From a virus (Duplodnaviria > Heunggongvirae > Uroviricota > Caudoviricetes), in IMG/VR virus record IMGVR_UViG_2778261180_000005: a stretch of DNA of 36,121 nucleotides. The stretch is one strand, 5' to 3'. The position numbers were made by a program, and so were the translations under genes. The notes under the pieces are model-generated. The model was not told the DNA's origin, did no database searches, and saw only the letters and a program-made list of their open reading frames with translations. Shown piece after piece: positions 1-9,900 of the stretch (position 1 is its first letter; each line of letters starts with the position of its first letter).

Positions 1-387
1 ATGTTCAATATCATGATTCGTAAATTTGGCGAGATGACTTTCGAGAAAGCTGGTGTTGCTCGTACCGAAGAAGAAGCAATGGCCTTAGTTCTGGTAGCAC
101 TGAGATCATCACCTGAGATTATCGACGCTGAATATGTAGCTGCTGAGGGTGAGATTAAAGAGATTAAAGCGGTGGCTAAGGAATTAGGTGTTAAAGGTTT
201 CCGTAAGCTGAGACTATCCCGCGAGTCATATGTAATTGGTAAGCAAGGACAATACCTAGATGAGAATACCGTGATTATTCTACTGAATAAGATCACCCGC
301 TATGGTTTCCAGATTGAGCAATATAAAACGTGTTTCGAATTATACGAAAAAGGTTTGCTGGATACTCTGACCATCGTTCGCGCTTAA
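1..387 (+). CDS. hypothetical protein (128 aa)
   Basis: Long ORF starting at the window edge, so the true start is uncertain; hairpin GGTGGG..CCCACC at 403..420 follows. Confidence 0.5.
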   Translation: MFNIMIRKFGEMTFEKAGVARTEEEAMALVLVALRSSPEIIDAEYVAAEGEIKEIKAVAKELGVKGFRKLRLSRESYVIGKQGQYLDENTVIILLNKITRYGFQIEQYKTCFELYEKGLLDTLTIVRA

Positions 388-443
388 TTAATTTCTAATT
401 TGGTGGGTGTAATTCCCACCGCTGTTTAAATGGAGAATCAAAC

Positions 444-524
444 ATGTTAGCTTTTATCTCATTCGTGGGAGGTAGTCTCACAACTATGATTAGTCTTGCT
501 TATCTTGTCGTTAGTATGGGGTGA
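444..524 (+). CDS. small hydrophobic peptide (26 aa), candidate
   Basis: ATG preceded by GGAGAA at 7 nt; product MLAFISFVGGSLTTMISLAYLVVSMG is entirely hydrophobic. Confidence 0.25.
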   Translation: MLAFISFVGGSLTTMISLAYLVVSMG

Positions 525-527
525 GCA

Positions 528-653
528 ATGAAACAATTTCATGATGGCATTTCATCTAAGACATTCAAGAAAGAATATAGCGGATTGTGTATTAACTGGA
601 TGGATTTGATTGGCGCGGTTGTGTTTGGTCTGATTATTAGTATTAACTTTTAA
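528..653 (+). CDS. small membrane protein (41 aa), candidate
   Basis: ATG 4 nt after the previous stop, with GGGGTGAG upstream; C-terminal transmembrane segment LIGAVVFGLIISINF. Confidence 0.3.
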   Translation: MKQFHDGISSKTFKKEYSGLCINWMDLIGAVVFGLIISINF

Positions 654-698
654 CGATATAAATATATCGTAATTCAAACAACAAGAGGAAATTCTACT

Positions 699-944
699 AT
701 GAAAAAGATTATCGCTGGTGTTGTTCTTGCTCTGGGTTTGGTTGGTGCTGCGAATGCCGAACAATATGTACAGGGTGATAGTGTCAAACGTGCTGCCGTT
801 GCACCTTCTTTAAATCAACTGTGTACTGAATTAGCACAGGTTGCCGGAGTTGGTGACGATGACGACTTTATTACTGCGTGTGTATGGAGTCATATCGAGG
901 ATATTAATAAACGTGATGCAAAACTAACTGGAAAGAAATATTAA
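699..944 (+). CDS. small secreted protein (81 aa) with Sec signal peptide
   Basis: SD AAGAGGA 9 nt upstream; N-terminus MKKIIAGVVLALGLVGAANA with an AxA cleavage motif; two Cys in the mature part. Confidence 0.6.
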   Translation: MKKIIAGVVLALGLVGAANAEQYVQGDSVKRAAVAPSLNQLCTELAQVAGVGDDDDFITACVWSHIEDINKRDAKLTGKKY

Positions 945-960
945 TGACTTACTAACCAAT

Positions 961-1000
961 GCCCCTATCGTTATAATACGCGGTAGGGGCGTTTTTGTTT
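961..1000 (+). terminator. rho-independent terminator
   Basis: GCCCCTA(961-967)/TAGGGGC(984-990) stem followed by TTTTTGTTT. Confidence 0.7.
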
Positions 1001-1009
1001 GGAAATGGT

Positions 1010-2689
1010 ATGAAAACTAAACTGTATTCGTATATTCGCTTCTCGTCTATGAAGCAAGCGGATGGTAGTTCTTATGAACGCCAGAAGAGAACAGCCGCAG
1101 AGATAGCCGCAAAATATGATCTTGAGCTAGTTACAAGCTATCAGGATTTTGGTGTATCTGCATTCAAAGGGGCTAACAGTAGAACAGGTGCACTATCTCG
1201 CTTTCTGGATGAGATTGGTCGATCCGTTCCGGTTGGTAGCTGGCTGGTTGTGGAAAACTTAGACCGTATCTCTCGCCAATCCATCATTGAAGCACAAGAG
1301 CTATTTCTCTCGATTATCCGTAGGGGAATAACTATCGTAACTGGCATGGATGGTAAGGTCTATAGCAAGGAATCGGTTAATGCCAATCCTATTGATTTGC
1401 TGTTGAGTGTCATGTTGTTTGCGAGAGCTAACGAGGAAAGTCAGACTAAGCGCAATCGTACTAACTCAAGCGCATTGATTAAGATTAAAGCTCATCAAGA
1501 AAATCCACAAAATCCGGCTGTTGCAATCGAGGAAATTGGAAAGAATATGTGGTGGACTGATACCACATCTGGTTATGTGCTTCCTCATCCGGTCTTCTTC
1601 CCTATTGTTCAGGAAGTTGTGGAATTACGCAGGAATGGACGGTCAACCGCCGAGATACTGGATCACCTTAACGCGACATACACACCACCACCAGCCGCAA
1701 GTCACAAGAGGCATTCAAACTGGTCACGGGCAATGATTGAAAGGTTGTTCCATACCCGCGCTTTGATTGGTATCAAGGAAATCTCTGTAGATGGCGTTAA
1801 GTATGAGTTAAAGGATTATTATCCTCGTGTGCTAGATGACGCTGAGTTTTATCACCTTAAGAAAAGCATTGGTGTTAGAGCATGTAACTATGGAGACAAG
1901 GAAGAAGTTAAACCTATTCCCTTGCTTAGTGGTGTTGGTCTATTGAAATGTGAACATTGCGGTTCCGCTATGGTTAAGGTGAAAGGAACTAACAAACGTC
2001 CTAACCAATATCGTTATTCATGCGATGCAATGCGCTCTAGTCGTATTGCATGTGTGCATACAAACTGGAGTTTTCGAGGTGATCAATTAGAGAAAGCTGT
2101 ATTGCAATTGCTGGCTGATAAAATCTGGATTGCTGAGGATAAGGCTAATCCGGTTCCGGCTTTGAAAGTACAGATTGATGAAATATCACGCAAGATTGAT
2201 AACCTGATTACCCTTTCTGCTATGACAGGAGCAACGAAGGAGCTAGCCGATCAGATTACTACCCTCAATAGCGAGCGTGAAACACTCTACAATCAAATTA
2301 AGATGGCAGAAGAGGAAATGTATTCTGTTGACTCTCAAGGCTGGGAGAAGCTCGCAGAATTTGATTTAGAAGATGTTTACAACGAGGATCGCATTAAGGT
2401 CCGGTTTAAGATTAAGCAAGCTCTAAAACGGATCGGGTGTAGCAGGATTGACAAGTACAAAAACTTGTTTGTACTGGAATACATCGATGGCAAGACCCAG
2501 AGAGTTGTAATAGAAAATTCAAGAGGACCGAGGAAAGGCCGGATCTTCGTTGATTTGAAAACTATCAATGATAGACAGATTCTGGAAAGTAACGGGCTTG
2601 TTTTGCATCCATGTTTAGACATGCTGACAGATAAGAACTGGAAACCAGAAGAGGAAATACCAGGTCCATTACAGGAATTTGGAATTTAA
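1010..2689 (+). CDS. large serine recombinase (integrase-type), 559 aa
   Basis: N-terminal resolvase-like catalytic region (YIRFSSMKQ..SYERQ); central recombinase domain; Cys-rich zinc-ribbon (CEHCGSAMVKV...YSCDAMRSSRIACVH); C-terminal coiled coil. ATG at 1010 preferred over the TTG at 995. Confidence 0.85.
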   Translation: MKTKLYSYIRFSSMKQADGSSYERQKRTAAEIAAKYDLELVTSYQDFGVSAFKGANSRTGALSRFLDEIGRSVPVGSWLVVENLDRISRQSIIEAQELFLSIIRRGITIVTGMDGKVYSKESVNANPIDLLLSVMLFARANEESQTKRNRTNSSALIKIKAHQENPQNPAVAIEEIGKNMWWTDTTSGYVLPHPVFFPIVQEVVELRRNGRSTAEILDHLNATYTPPPAASHKRHSNWSRAMIERLFHTRALIGIKEISVDGVKYELKDYYPRVLDDAEFYHLKKSIGVRACNYGDKEEVKPIPLLSGVGLLKCEHCGSAMVKVKGTNKRPNQYRYSCDAMRSSRIACVHTNWSFRGDQLEKAVLQLLADKIWIAEDKANPVPALKVQIDEISRKIDNLITLSAMTGATKELADQITTLNSERETLYNQIKMAEEEMYSVDSQGWEKLAEFDLEDVYNEDRIKVRFKIKQALKRIGCSRIDKYKNLFVLEYIDGKTQRVVIENSRGPRKGRIFVDLKTINDRQILESNGLVLHPCLDMLTDKNWKPEEEIPGPLQEFGI

Positions 2690-2725
2690 GCGGCCTAAAT
2701 CGACGTATAACGAGCTAAAACAGTT

Positions 2726-2750
2726 AAGGGGTACATTCGTACCCCTTTTG
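2726..2750. terminator. bidirectional intrinsic terminator between convergent genes
   Basis: AAGGGGTAC attc GTACCCCTT perfect hairpin, flanked by an A-run upstream and TTTT downstream. Confidence 0.7.
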
Positions 2751-2762
2751 AATTTAATTGCG

Positions 2763-3761
2763 TTAGAGAGCCTCTAAAGGGCTTAAATCGAGTTCTAAGT
2801 TTTCCGGTGTTAAATCAGCTAACGGTGCATTCATCCACTGCGATAAATCTCGTTCTATGTCTTCATCACTAATGTAGTTGTTCAGATTGATTGCGTTGGT
2901 ATCATCAAAATACATTGGCTTAGATGGGTTGGTGTGGATGTATTCATTGATGAATGATTTAACATCTTTCAGCTTGCTAATCGGTAGCGTTTCTGTGAAT
3001 CCGCTATTCATTACCTTACGTGGGATTTTCTTGCCCTGAATATTCTTTTTAATCCCCATTTCTAAATCACCAGCTTTCCATCCAATGTTAAACAAATGTG
3101 AGCATTCAAAGGTGATTTTCTCGCTGGTGTGCTTCTGGTGTTCTCTTACCCGTTGCATCGGATCTTTGCGAGTGGTAATTCCATATTTGAAAAACTTCTC
3201 GCCAACACGAATTAGATAAAAGTGCATAGGGCGCTGTGCAAACTTGTTTCTGATAACCTGTTTTCTACCATTCTGAATTGATTTAAGTACACCCCTAACC
3301 AAAGGGCATGTTAACCCGCCTTGTCTGCGGTTATTGTGTAAATCACCTTTCTTGTGAATCTTTCCGTGGCACTTACAACGAAGAATTAGTTTAGTGTCAA
3401 CACCCTGATAAGGTTCAGCCAGACCTAACACATCCCACCCTATCGGCTTGTAGAACTTGCGAGCGTTTTCTAAGTGTTCTTCTTCGGTAAATCTAAACTT
3501 CTTCTTAGGCGGTGATACTCTATCTTTGCCAGTAAACTGACCAGTTAGAACATGACTAATACATGGCGTTTTAACCTTTCCGTTAACTTCTATGCAAACT
3601 TTGGTGTTCTGGAATGGTTTCTTTACAGGAAGCACAAAACCACTGTATAACCATCCATGCGCTTGACAAACTTTAATGATTCTGGTTTCATATTCGACCG
3701 GAGGGGTCGCACGTTTGCTTTTTGCGGTAAATTCGATATCCTTTGCTAAAGTAGTATTCAT
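2763..3761 (-). CDS. Zn-finger plus T5orf172/GIY-YIG-like domain protein (homing-endonuclease-like), 332 aa
   Basis: Start moved to ATG at 3761 (SD GAGGA 7 nt upstream); CxxC..CxxC-type cluster (CKCHGK..TCPLV) followed by FYLIRVGEKFFKYGITTRKDPMQRVREH. Confidence 0.65.
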   Translation of the reverse strand: MNTTLAKDIEFTAKSKRATPPVEYETRIIKVCQAHGWLYSGFVLPVKKPFQNTKVCIEVNGKVKTPCISHVLTGQFTGKDRVSPPKKKFRFTEEEHLENARKFYKPIGWDVLGLAEPYQGVDTKLILRCKCHGKIHKKGDLHNNRRQGGLTCPLVRGVLKSIQNGRKQVIRNKFAQRPMHFYLIRVGEKFFKYGITTRKDPMQRVREHQKHTSEKITFECSHLFNIGWKAGDLEMGIKKNIQGKKIPRKVMNSGFTETLPISKLKDVKSFINEYIHTNPSKPMYFDDTNAINLNNYISDEDIERDLSQWMNAPLADLTPENLELDLSPLEAL

Positions 3762-3796
3762 ATTAGTGTCCTCGAAAATAATAAGTTCACTACTAT

Positions 3797-4249
3797 TTAT
3801 TGAGAAAAATTTGTTGTAATGGTTGAAGACCACGGGCATGAGTAGTAACCACGACCGCCACCGATCAAGCAAATGGTCGGACGGAAGCCAGTAAGATCGC
3901 AAAATGAATCAGTGTCATGTGCTGGGGAACGATGCTCTGCTTCGTTAGAGAAAATGTTGGCTACCGGAGATTCCACTTTAACTTCCGGTGCTTCTTCAAC
4001 ATCTGACTTAACTTCTTCGACCACTGGTTCAACTGCCGGAGATTCTTCTTTTGTTTCTTCAATGACGATCTCAGGTTCTTTCATTGCTTCAACCAGAGAC
4101 GGATCAACTTCGTCGAATACCACTTTATCATCTGCGGTGTCTGCTGCCAGAATAAGATCGTTAATACTGGTTCCTTCTGCCGGAGTTTCTTCTTCCATTT
4201 CGGAAGCCAGTTTAGTTAATTCGGTTTCTACGAACTCGATCATCAACAT
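3797..4249 (-). CDS. acidic hypothetical protein (150 aa)
   Basis: Glu/Asp-rich ORF; the opposite-strand ORF 3873..4277 is Ser/Thr-rich as expected for an antisense artefact; weak RBS. Confidence 0.4.
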   Translation of the reverse strand: MLMIEFVETELTKLASEMEEETPAEGTSINDLILAADTADDKVVFDEVDPSLVEAMKEPEIVIEETKEESPAVEPVVEEVKSDVEEAPEVKVESPVANIFSNEAEHRSPAHDTDSFCDLTGFRPTICLIGGGRGYYSCPWSSTITTNFSQ

Positions 4250-4289
4250 TAAAGGTAATGCCTATAAGATAAATTAAGTGAGGTTTTTT

Positions 4290-4871
4290 ATGATGAATGA
4301 TGTGCGCAAAGCATGTGATATCCCGTTCAATTTTATCCGCACCAAAAATGGCAAAGCGCCATCACATCCAATTGATATGGAAGCAAGGATCGTGACCCGT
4401 ATTGAAAACGAGGGTTTACCCTTGATTTATCACGGATTCAAAGGTGAGTATAAATCAATCAATAGCCGTATTGTGCTAGAGTGTGAAAGCTGCGCAAGAA
4501 TCAGAGATATAACAGCAAAACAATTCTTACATAATCCTACTGTGTGCCCGTGTAATCGTAGCAAATATGACAACAAATATAAAAATGGGCAACCAGTATT
4601 ATATGTTATGCGGTGTGGTGATGTGGGTAAGGTTGGAGTAAGTCACAATGTGTTGACGAGAAAACATAAGCTAAGATGCCAGAATAAGATGAAATTTGAT
4701 ATCATCGAGACTTTCGAATTTCAAGACGAAAAAGACGCATACGCGGCAGAATTGTTTATCAAGAAAAACCTAGTAAAAGGTGATTTTGATATTAAAGAAG
4801 GTGCTACAGAAACGTTTGTTTATAATGAAAAAATGGTCAGAAATATAGCTAACGTCGCCAGCATATTCTAA
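4290..4871 (+). CDS. Zn-finger plus T5orf172/GIY-YIG-like domain protein, paralog of 2763..3761 (193 aa)
   Basis: ATG at 4290 with AGTGAGG SD; CESC..CPC cluster followed by LYVMRCGDVGKVGVSHNVLTRKHKL. Confidence 0.65.
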   Translation: MMNDVRKACDIPFNFIRTKNGKAPSHPIDMEARIVTRIENEGLPLIYHGFKGEYKSINSRIVLECESCARIRDITAKQFLHNPTVCPCNRSKYDNKYKNGQPVLYVMRCGDVGKVGVSHNVLTRKHKLRCQNKMKFDIIETFEFQDEKDAYAAELFIKKNLVKGDFDIKEGATETFVYNEKMVRNIANVASIF

Positions 4872-4872
4872 C

Positions 4873-4905
4873 AAAAAAGCGCCCACTAGAGGCGCTTTAA
4901 TTTTA
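4873..4905. terminator. bidirectional intrinsic terminator
   Basis: AGCGCC cactaga GGCGCT hairpin between an A6 run and TTTAATTTT; sits between convergent genes. Confidence 0.7.
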
Positions 4906-5256
4906 TCCATTCCACCGTGATTTTTTTGATCTGGAATCAATATGCGTAAAGGTTTTATATTTTCCTAAGCCGTATTGAGTAGGATATTTCCCATCAAGAT
5001 AAGCATGGACAATATCAGGGGAGACACCCTTGACCACAATGTCAGCCGCACGGCCTCGAACGTGATAGCTGTTGGTTGCCCCGCCTACATTCTTGTTATG
5101 AGCCGGGCAACGGTTGCCACTGTTAATAATCACTGGTTTACCGAAGTGTTCTCGTACATCCTCAAGAATTACCAGTAATTCAGCGTCGATTGTATCATAA
5201 TCACATTTTCCGCATTTACATTTAAATTCCTTGCGAGAAAAATGTTTGCTTAACAT
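4903..5256 (-). CDS. endolysin, peptidase M15 family (117 aa)
   Basis: Motifs SRKEFKCKCGKC, GGATNSYHVRGRAADI and FTHID typical of zinc M15 peptidoglycan peptidases; SD AAGGGGG. Confidence 0.85.
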   Translation of the reverse strand: MLSKHFSRKEFKCKCGKCDYDTIDAELLVILEDVREHFGKPVIINSGNRCPAHNKNVGGATNSYHVRGRAADIVVKGVSPDIVHAYLDGKYPTQYGLGKYKTFTHIDSRSKKSRWNG

Positions 5257-5265
5257 ATTACCCCC

Positions 5266-5613
5266 TTAGATCATTTCGAAGATATAACCAATAAAGCGCA
5301 TACCCTTGATATAATAAGGAGCAGTGCCTACACACACCGCGCGTGCATCACCCAGACAGTTAAAGCTATAAGGATTAACCACATCAACTTCTTGCCCTAC
5401 ACGAAAACGATATTTAGGACGTTTAGCCAATGTAGCGACACAAAACACGGTCCCTTTTTCATGATCGCGGATACATTCTTTATATTGTTTATGTTTAACT
5501 CTCTTCGCCTCAAAATCATGTGTCATAGATTCTGGGCTAATGCCATTAATAAAAATACCGGAAAGCTGATCGACCGGATAAGTAGGAAATTCAGTGAAAA
5601 TATTTTTAGCCAT
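5266..5613 (-). CDS. hypothetical protein (115 aa)
   Basis: ORF with GGGGG SD 7 nt upstream; no recognisable motif. Confidence 0.55.
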   Translation of the reverse strand: MAKNIFTEFPTYPVDQLSGIFINGISPESMTHDFEAKRVKHKQYKECIRDHEKGTVFCVATLAKRPKYRFRVGQEVDVVNPYSFNCLGDARAVCVGTAPYYIKGMRFIGYIFEMI

Positions 5614-5651
5614 GTTATACCCCCATAAGTTTCTATGAGGGTATTTATGGA

Positions 5652-6335
5652 TTAAACGTATTTCATGCGCGATTTAATGTGCTTATTGATGTTTTCAAGC
5701 ATCATTGCTTCGTTGCTTTCCCACGATCCTAGCGTCGAATAACGAGTAGAAATTTTATCCGATTTAACGGCAACAATTCGCTTACTCTGTTTCTGTATGC
5801 GTTTCTCTAAGCGACGTTTTGCCACCGCCGATCCATTCTTAGCGCGTTTGGTTCGGGATTTCTTAGGCTTGTACTTCTTCATGATAAAAGTCCCTTCCTT
5901 GTTCTCTACCTTGATGAAGTTGCCATTTTCGATGTTACGCATCATCTTACCGCCTTTGATGGCCTTAATGTTCCCGTGGGAGTCTAAGACCTTGCCGTTA
6001 GCGATTGGAACTAGCTTATTGATTTTGCCACCATCGAAATAGTGTTTCAAATAGTCGTCCTGACTTCCGATCTTCTTGTCCTTATCCCTTGCGCCCTTGA
6101 TGAAGATTTGGTGTCTGGTCCCTGATCGGTTCTTGTAGTTGGTATTACCTACAGCTTGCTGAGTCCAGCGAGTAGGTCTATCAACATTCTTGTTAATCTT
6201 CTTCTGGAGTGCTCTGGAAGCAAAGATCGCCCCTTCCCCTATCGCCCTTTCGAATGTATCGGTTGCCTTTTCAGACCATTGCCGTAACGCTTTCTTAGTC
6301 CTTAGAGCGTTTCGTTTATTGGTACTGGTTGCCAT
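5652..6335 (-). CDS. basic hypothetical protein (227 aa)
   Basis: Lys/Arg-rich ORF; AGGGGG SD; start overlaps the stop of the upstream small gene (TAACATG). Confidence 0.6.
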   Translation of the reverse strand: MATSTNKRNALRTKKALRQWSEKATDTFERAIGEGAIFASRALQKKINKNVDRPTRWTQQAVGNTNYKNRSGTRHQIFIKGARDKDKKIGSQDDYLKHYFDGGKINKLVPIANGKVLDSHGNIKAIKGGKMMRNIENGNFIKVENKEGTFIMKKYKPKKSRTKRAKNGSAVAKRRLEKRIQKQSKRIVAVKSDKISTRYSTLGSWESNEAMMLENINKHIKSRMKYV

Positions 6336-6336
6336 G

Positions 6337-6507
6337 TTAGCCCCCTAATAACGAAAAGACCCCCGCCAGTGTCCTTAGCAATTGTTCGTCCACGGTCATA
6401 GCCGGGAGTTCAAGCCCAAAGGACGTAAGCAGAGGTCTAATTGCTACGTTATAAGTGAGGGCGATAATCAAGAGATAACCAAAATATTTCTTAAGTTTAT
6501 TCTTCAT
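6337..6507 (-). CDS. small membrane protein (56 aa), possible holin-like lysis component
   Basis: Not in the ORF track (under 60 aa); AAGGGGTG SD 6 nt upstream; N-terminal TM segment YFGYLLIIALTYNVAI; no Cys, so not a lipoprotein o-spanin. Confidence 0.4.
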   Translation of the reverse strand: MKNKLKKYFGYLLIIALTYNVAIRPLLTSFGLELPAMTVDEQLLRTLAGVFSLLGG

Positions 6508-6525
6508 ATATTCACCCCTTTATTA

Positions 6526-6804
6526 TTATTTTTGTTTGAGTATGTCGAGAACTTGGTCAAATTTAGCGTCCATCGCAACCACTTTCTTTTCTATACCGTG
6601 AAGGGTTTGTTCCATGCGATAAACTCTCTCGGCGATCTGGTCATGGTTACTTTGCATCGTCTCAAACTTCTGGTTTAACAATGCGTCGCTGGATTCTAAT
6701 TTCGACAATCTATTTTCTGTGGCTAATTGATTTCGGTGAAGTCTCCATAATCCACCACAAATTAAGGCGATAACACCGATACCGCCATATATAATTTCAG
6801 TCAT
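6526..6804 (-). CDS. membrane-anchored coiled-coil protein, i-spanin-like (93 aa)
   Basis: Start moved to ATG at 6804 (GGGGGCG SD); N-terminal TM segment IIYGGIGVIALICGGLW followed by a predicted coiled coil. Confidence 0.45.
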   Translation of the reverse strand: MTEIIYGGIGVIALICGGLWRLHRNQLATENRLSKLESSDALLNQKFETMQSNHDQIAERVYRMEQTLHGIEKKVVAMDAKFDQVLDILKQK

Positions 6805-6848
6805 TACGCCCCCGATATTTTTATATAGTTTAATGGCAAAATTATTTA

Positions 6849-6891
6849 GATAAAAATAATCCCGCCTAACCACAAAGAATTAAGCGGGATT
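6849..6891 (-). terminator. intrinsic terminator downstream of the tip-fibre gene
   Basis: AATCCCGC...GCGGGATT stem followed on the minus strand by a U-run. Confidence 0.6.
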
Positions 6892-6909
6892 AATTATAAA
6901 AATTAAATT

Positions 6910-9900
6910 TTAAGAAACAGAAATACCCGTAGCGGCTTTCTTAGTAACAATTACAGAAAGATCGCTGATCCATGTGCTGGGAGTCCAGTTGTTGATTGCG
7001 CTTGAACTTACTTCAAAAGTTAGCGTAACTGGTCCGTGTCCGGCTGGCATATCAATAACAGCACTATACAATCCAGTCTGTCTACCATATGCACGGTTAT
7101 ATAATTCAGCACCGTTCTTGCGAACAATCAAGCGACAGTTATCATAGTAAGTATTGTTATTCGAGCCTTCACGCGCATTAAGACCACCAAAGCTAATAGC
7201 AGGAACGATAATCTGACGATCAAACGGGTGATCATCTTCAATTCGAACAGTGATTGTACCTTGCGGATAACCGGGATAGCCCAATGATGGGTTTTCGTCC
7301 CAATGTGGGAATCGACGACCAATAGCTTTCACGAAGTCACCACGCACCTGATTAGCATCAAGCATACCCAAAATGCGGCAACTTGAATTAATCGTTACGT
7401 TGTTCATTTCGCCGGAATCAGCCACCAAATGACCACGAATATTAGCGTGTCTAAAATGACAAGTGCCATCTTTGCCGATATACCATCCATCGTTACCATT
7501 CCAGTTATAAGACTGGATATAGTTACCAATTTTAGCATTATCGATAGAGCCATCAATAATATGACCTGTTCCGATCTGTGCGTGTTGGATGTGAGCGCCG
7601 TTAATCTGGGCTGTGCCGATCTTAGCCGTGGTAATAGCCGCATCACTAATCTGGGCTGTGCCAATTGCAGCATTACGAATCATCGCATTATCGAGATAAA
7701 CTTTGTTATCTTCGATGCCAAACGGACAAACTTCTGATCCGTCTTGTGGAGCTACCGCGATTTTATCAGCCGTAAAGATGATTCTCGTCGGTTCTGCCGG
7801 ATCATTGGTTGCGCTCATATGAATACCAGCCACGCGACCATCTGCATTAACTGCCAGATTATATTTGCTGTTAATGGTTCCCTTCAAAGCATCGATTTTT
7901 ACATCTGCTTCCTGATTCACACCAGCAATCTTGCCATCCATTTCTACCCGAACTTGATCAATCTTACTTGCGCTTGCTGCCTCACTGGTAGCAATTGCTT
8001 GTTTCAGGGTAGTAGCAGATGCGCTAACTTCATTGGTGATATCGCCTTTCAGTTCAGCTTTAACCTGATCAATCTTAGTGGAGCTAGCTTGCTCGCTGGT
8101 AGCAATCAGACTCTTTAAGGTATTGGCTGAGGCTTGGACCGTCTGCCCTGTTTCGGTAGTGATTTGCTTATGCATTGCATCAATTTTAGCATCGGCATTA
8201 GCGCCAGCTTGAGCAATAGCATCCGCGATAGTTTCATCTAAGCGGTCTTGTAAACCAATCAGGTCTTCCAGTGCTTCTTTGTCCTGATCGTCCCAACTAA
8301 TGGTAGATTTCATTTGCATGAAATACGGTTCAGACCAAACAGCATCATCCATACCGAAAATATCATAGTGAGCACCACGGATATAATAATCACCGTCAGC
8401 CAAATCAAAGGAAGTATGACTAACGCTATTGGTAGTCACTGCCCTTGCATCGGAGAAAGTATTATCGGTTGCATACTGAATGATTGACCCTGCATAGTCA
8501 TGTTCTACGTCATCCGCCCAGCTAACAAACGCAGTATTAAAGCCACCACGCGCACTAAAACCTTTCATTGGCTTATGCTGTGGGTTAATAGCCACTAAAC
8601 GCGCTGGGGCGCTCTCTGAGTTGTTATAGCCCTTAGCCGATACTTCTACCGTAAGTTGACGCGAAAGGCCGTTAAACTGGTTCATATCAAGCGTATAAGT
8701 CCATGATTCAGGATCGCGGGTACGGTACTGAATAGACTTACCAGCCTTGTTAGTTACCTTGATAATGTAGGCTTCAAACAGGTCACTAAACTTGTTAGTT
8801 TCACCGTTGATAACCACATCTAAGGCTTGCTGATTTTCCCATTCGATAATCAGATCATTGCCTTCGAAAGTACCAGGTGAGCTACCCTGATTTTTGATGC
8901 GGATCACTGGCGTAGGCAGTTCATAGGTAACTTCTGGATTCTGGTTAACCAGTTCCACCCATTCGGAACGAGCAATAATACCGAAAGCACAAACGCGGTA
9001 ATCGTAGGAACGATCTTTAGCCAGTGCATTGATATTGAAAATTTGCTGTGAAGTCTGTCCCAGCTTAATCCAGTTAGGTGATCCACTCACACGATAATCA
9101 ATCTGGAAACCGTAGCGGTTAAAATCTTCCGGTGCGTCCCATGTCAAAGTTACGTTTTTACCGTGGATTGTCTCACCAGTTGCCTTAATTCTGAAATTAG
9201 TCGGTTTCTGTACTGTCATTGAATCCGGTAAACCAGTCGGTCTATTGTCTGGAGTCGCCGCATAGTTCAGGTCAGTATAAACCTGAGAATTATATTCTGT
9301 GGCGGTGATAGTCATCATCCCAGCAATACCAGAATCAATCGAGCGATCAATTGCAGTAATACGCCATAAGGAATTATTCAGCTTCAATTCATCATAGGTT
9401 ACGCTGATAACATCCCAAACTTCGGCAGTGAATGCGTCAGTAGTCATAAAGCTGATAACCTGAGTGATACGAGATTTATTTCGCTCAATGCTCGCGAGTT
9501 TATCAATCTGGGTTTTAGACTTAACAAAACGATATTCAATATCTTTAGCGATAATTCGACCATCTTGACGAATAGTAGCATCGTTTTCAGCATCAGCCGG
9601 ATAACGGAGCATTTGCTCGGAATAGTCAATTGATGGTTCTTGATACATCGCGTTAATGGTATTGAAATAACCGTTAGTGCCACCTGTTTTCAGTGATACT
9701 TTTCCCATCATGATATTGTCTTCATTGAAGGTATGCTTAACAATATCAGGAGCATCCAGTTTCAGAGTAATACGTCCAAAGGATTCGAACATTACCCCGC
9801 CGAAAGTCTGCATAAGGCTAGTCAAGTTCTCTTTAAAGCTGGCGTTCGGATCACATGCACCGTTTGAATGCAAATCCATCTGGCGTACTTGCTTACGTAC

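Noticed and set aside
995-1009. TTG start at 995 for the recombinase
   Set aside because: It would overlap the upstream terminator T-tract; the ATG at 1010 gives the conserved N-terminus directly.
3873-4277. 134-aa plus-strand Ser/Thr-rich ORF
   Set aside because: Mirror image of the acidic minus-strand ORF (GAA/GAT versus TTC/ATC); the acidic frame is more plausible, though neither has a strong RBS.
6400-6420. tRNA-like T-arm (GAGTTCAAGCCC)
   Set aside because: No complementary stems or acceptor/anticodon arms around it; lies within the small membrane-protein ORF. No tRNA found anywhere in the window.
6382-6678. 98-aa plus-strand ORF in the lysis region
   Set aside because: Antisense to the better-supported minus-strand small membrane and i-spanin-like genes, which have good SD sequences.
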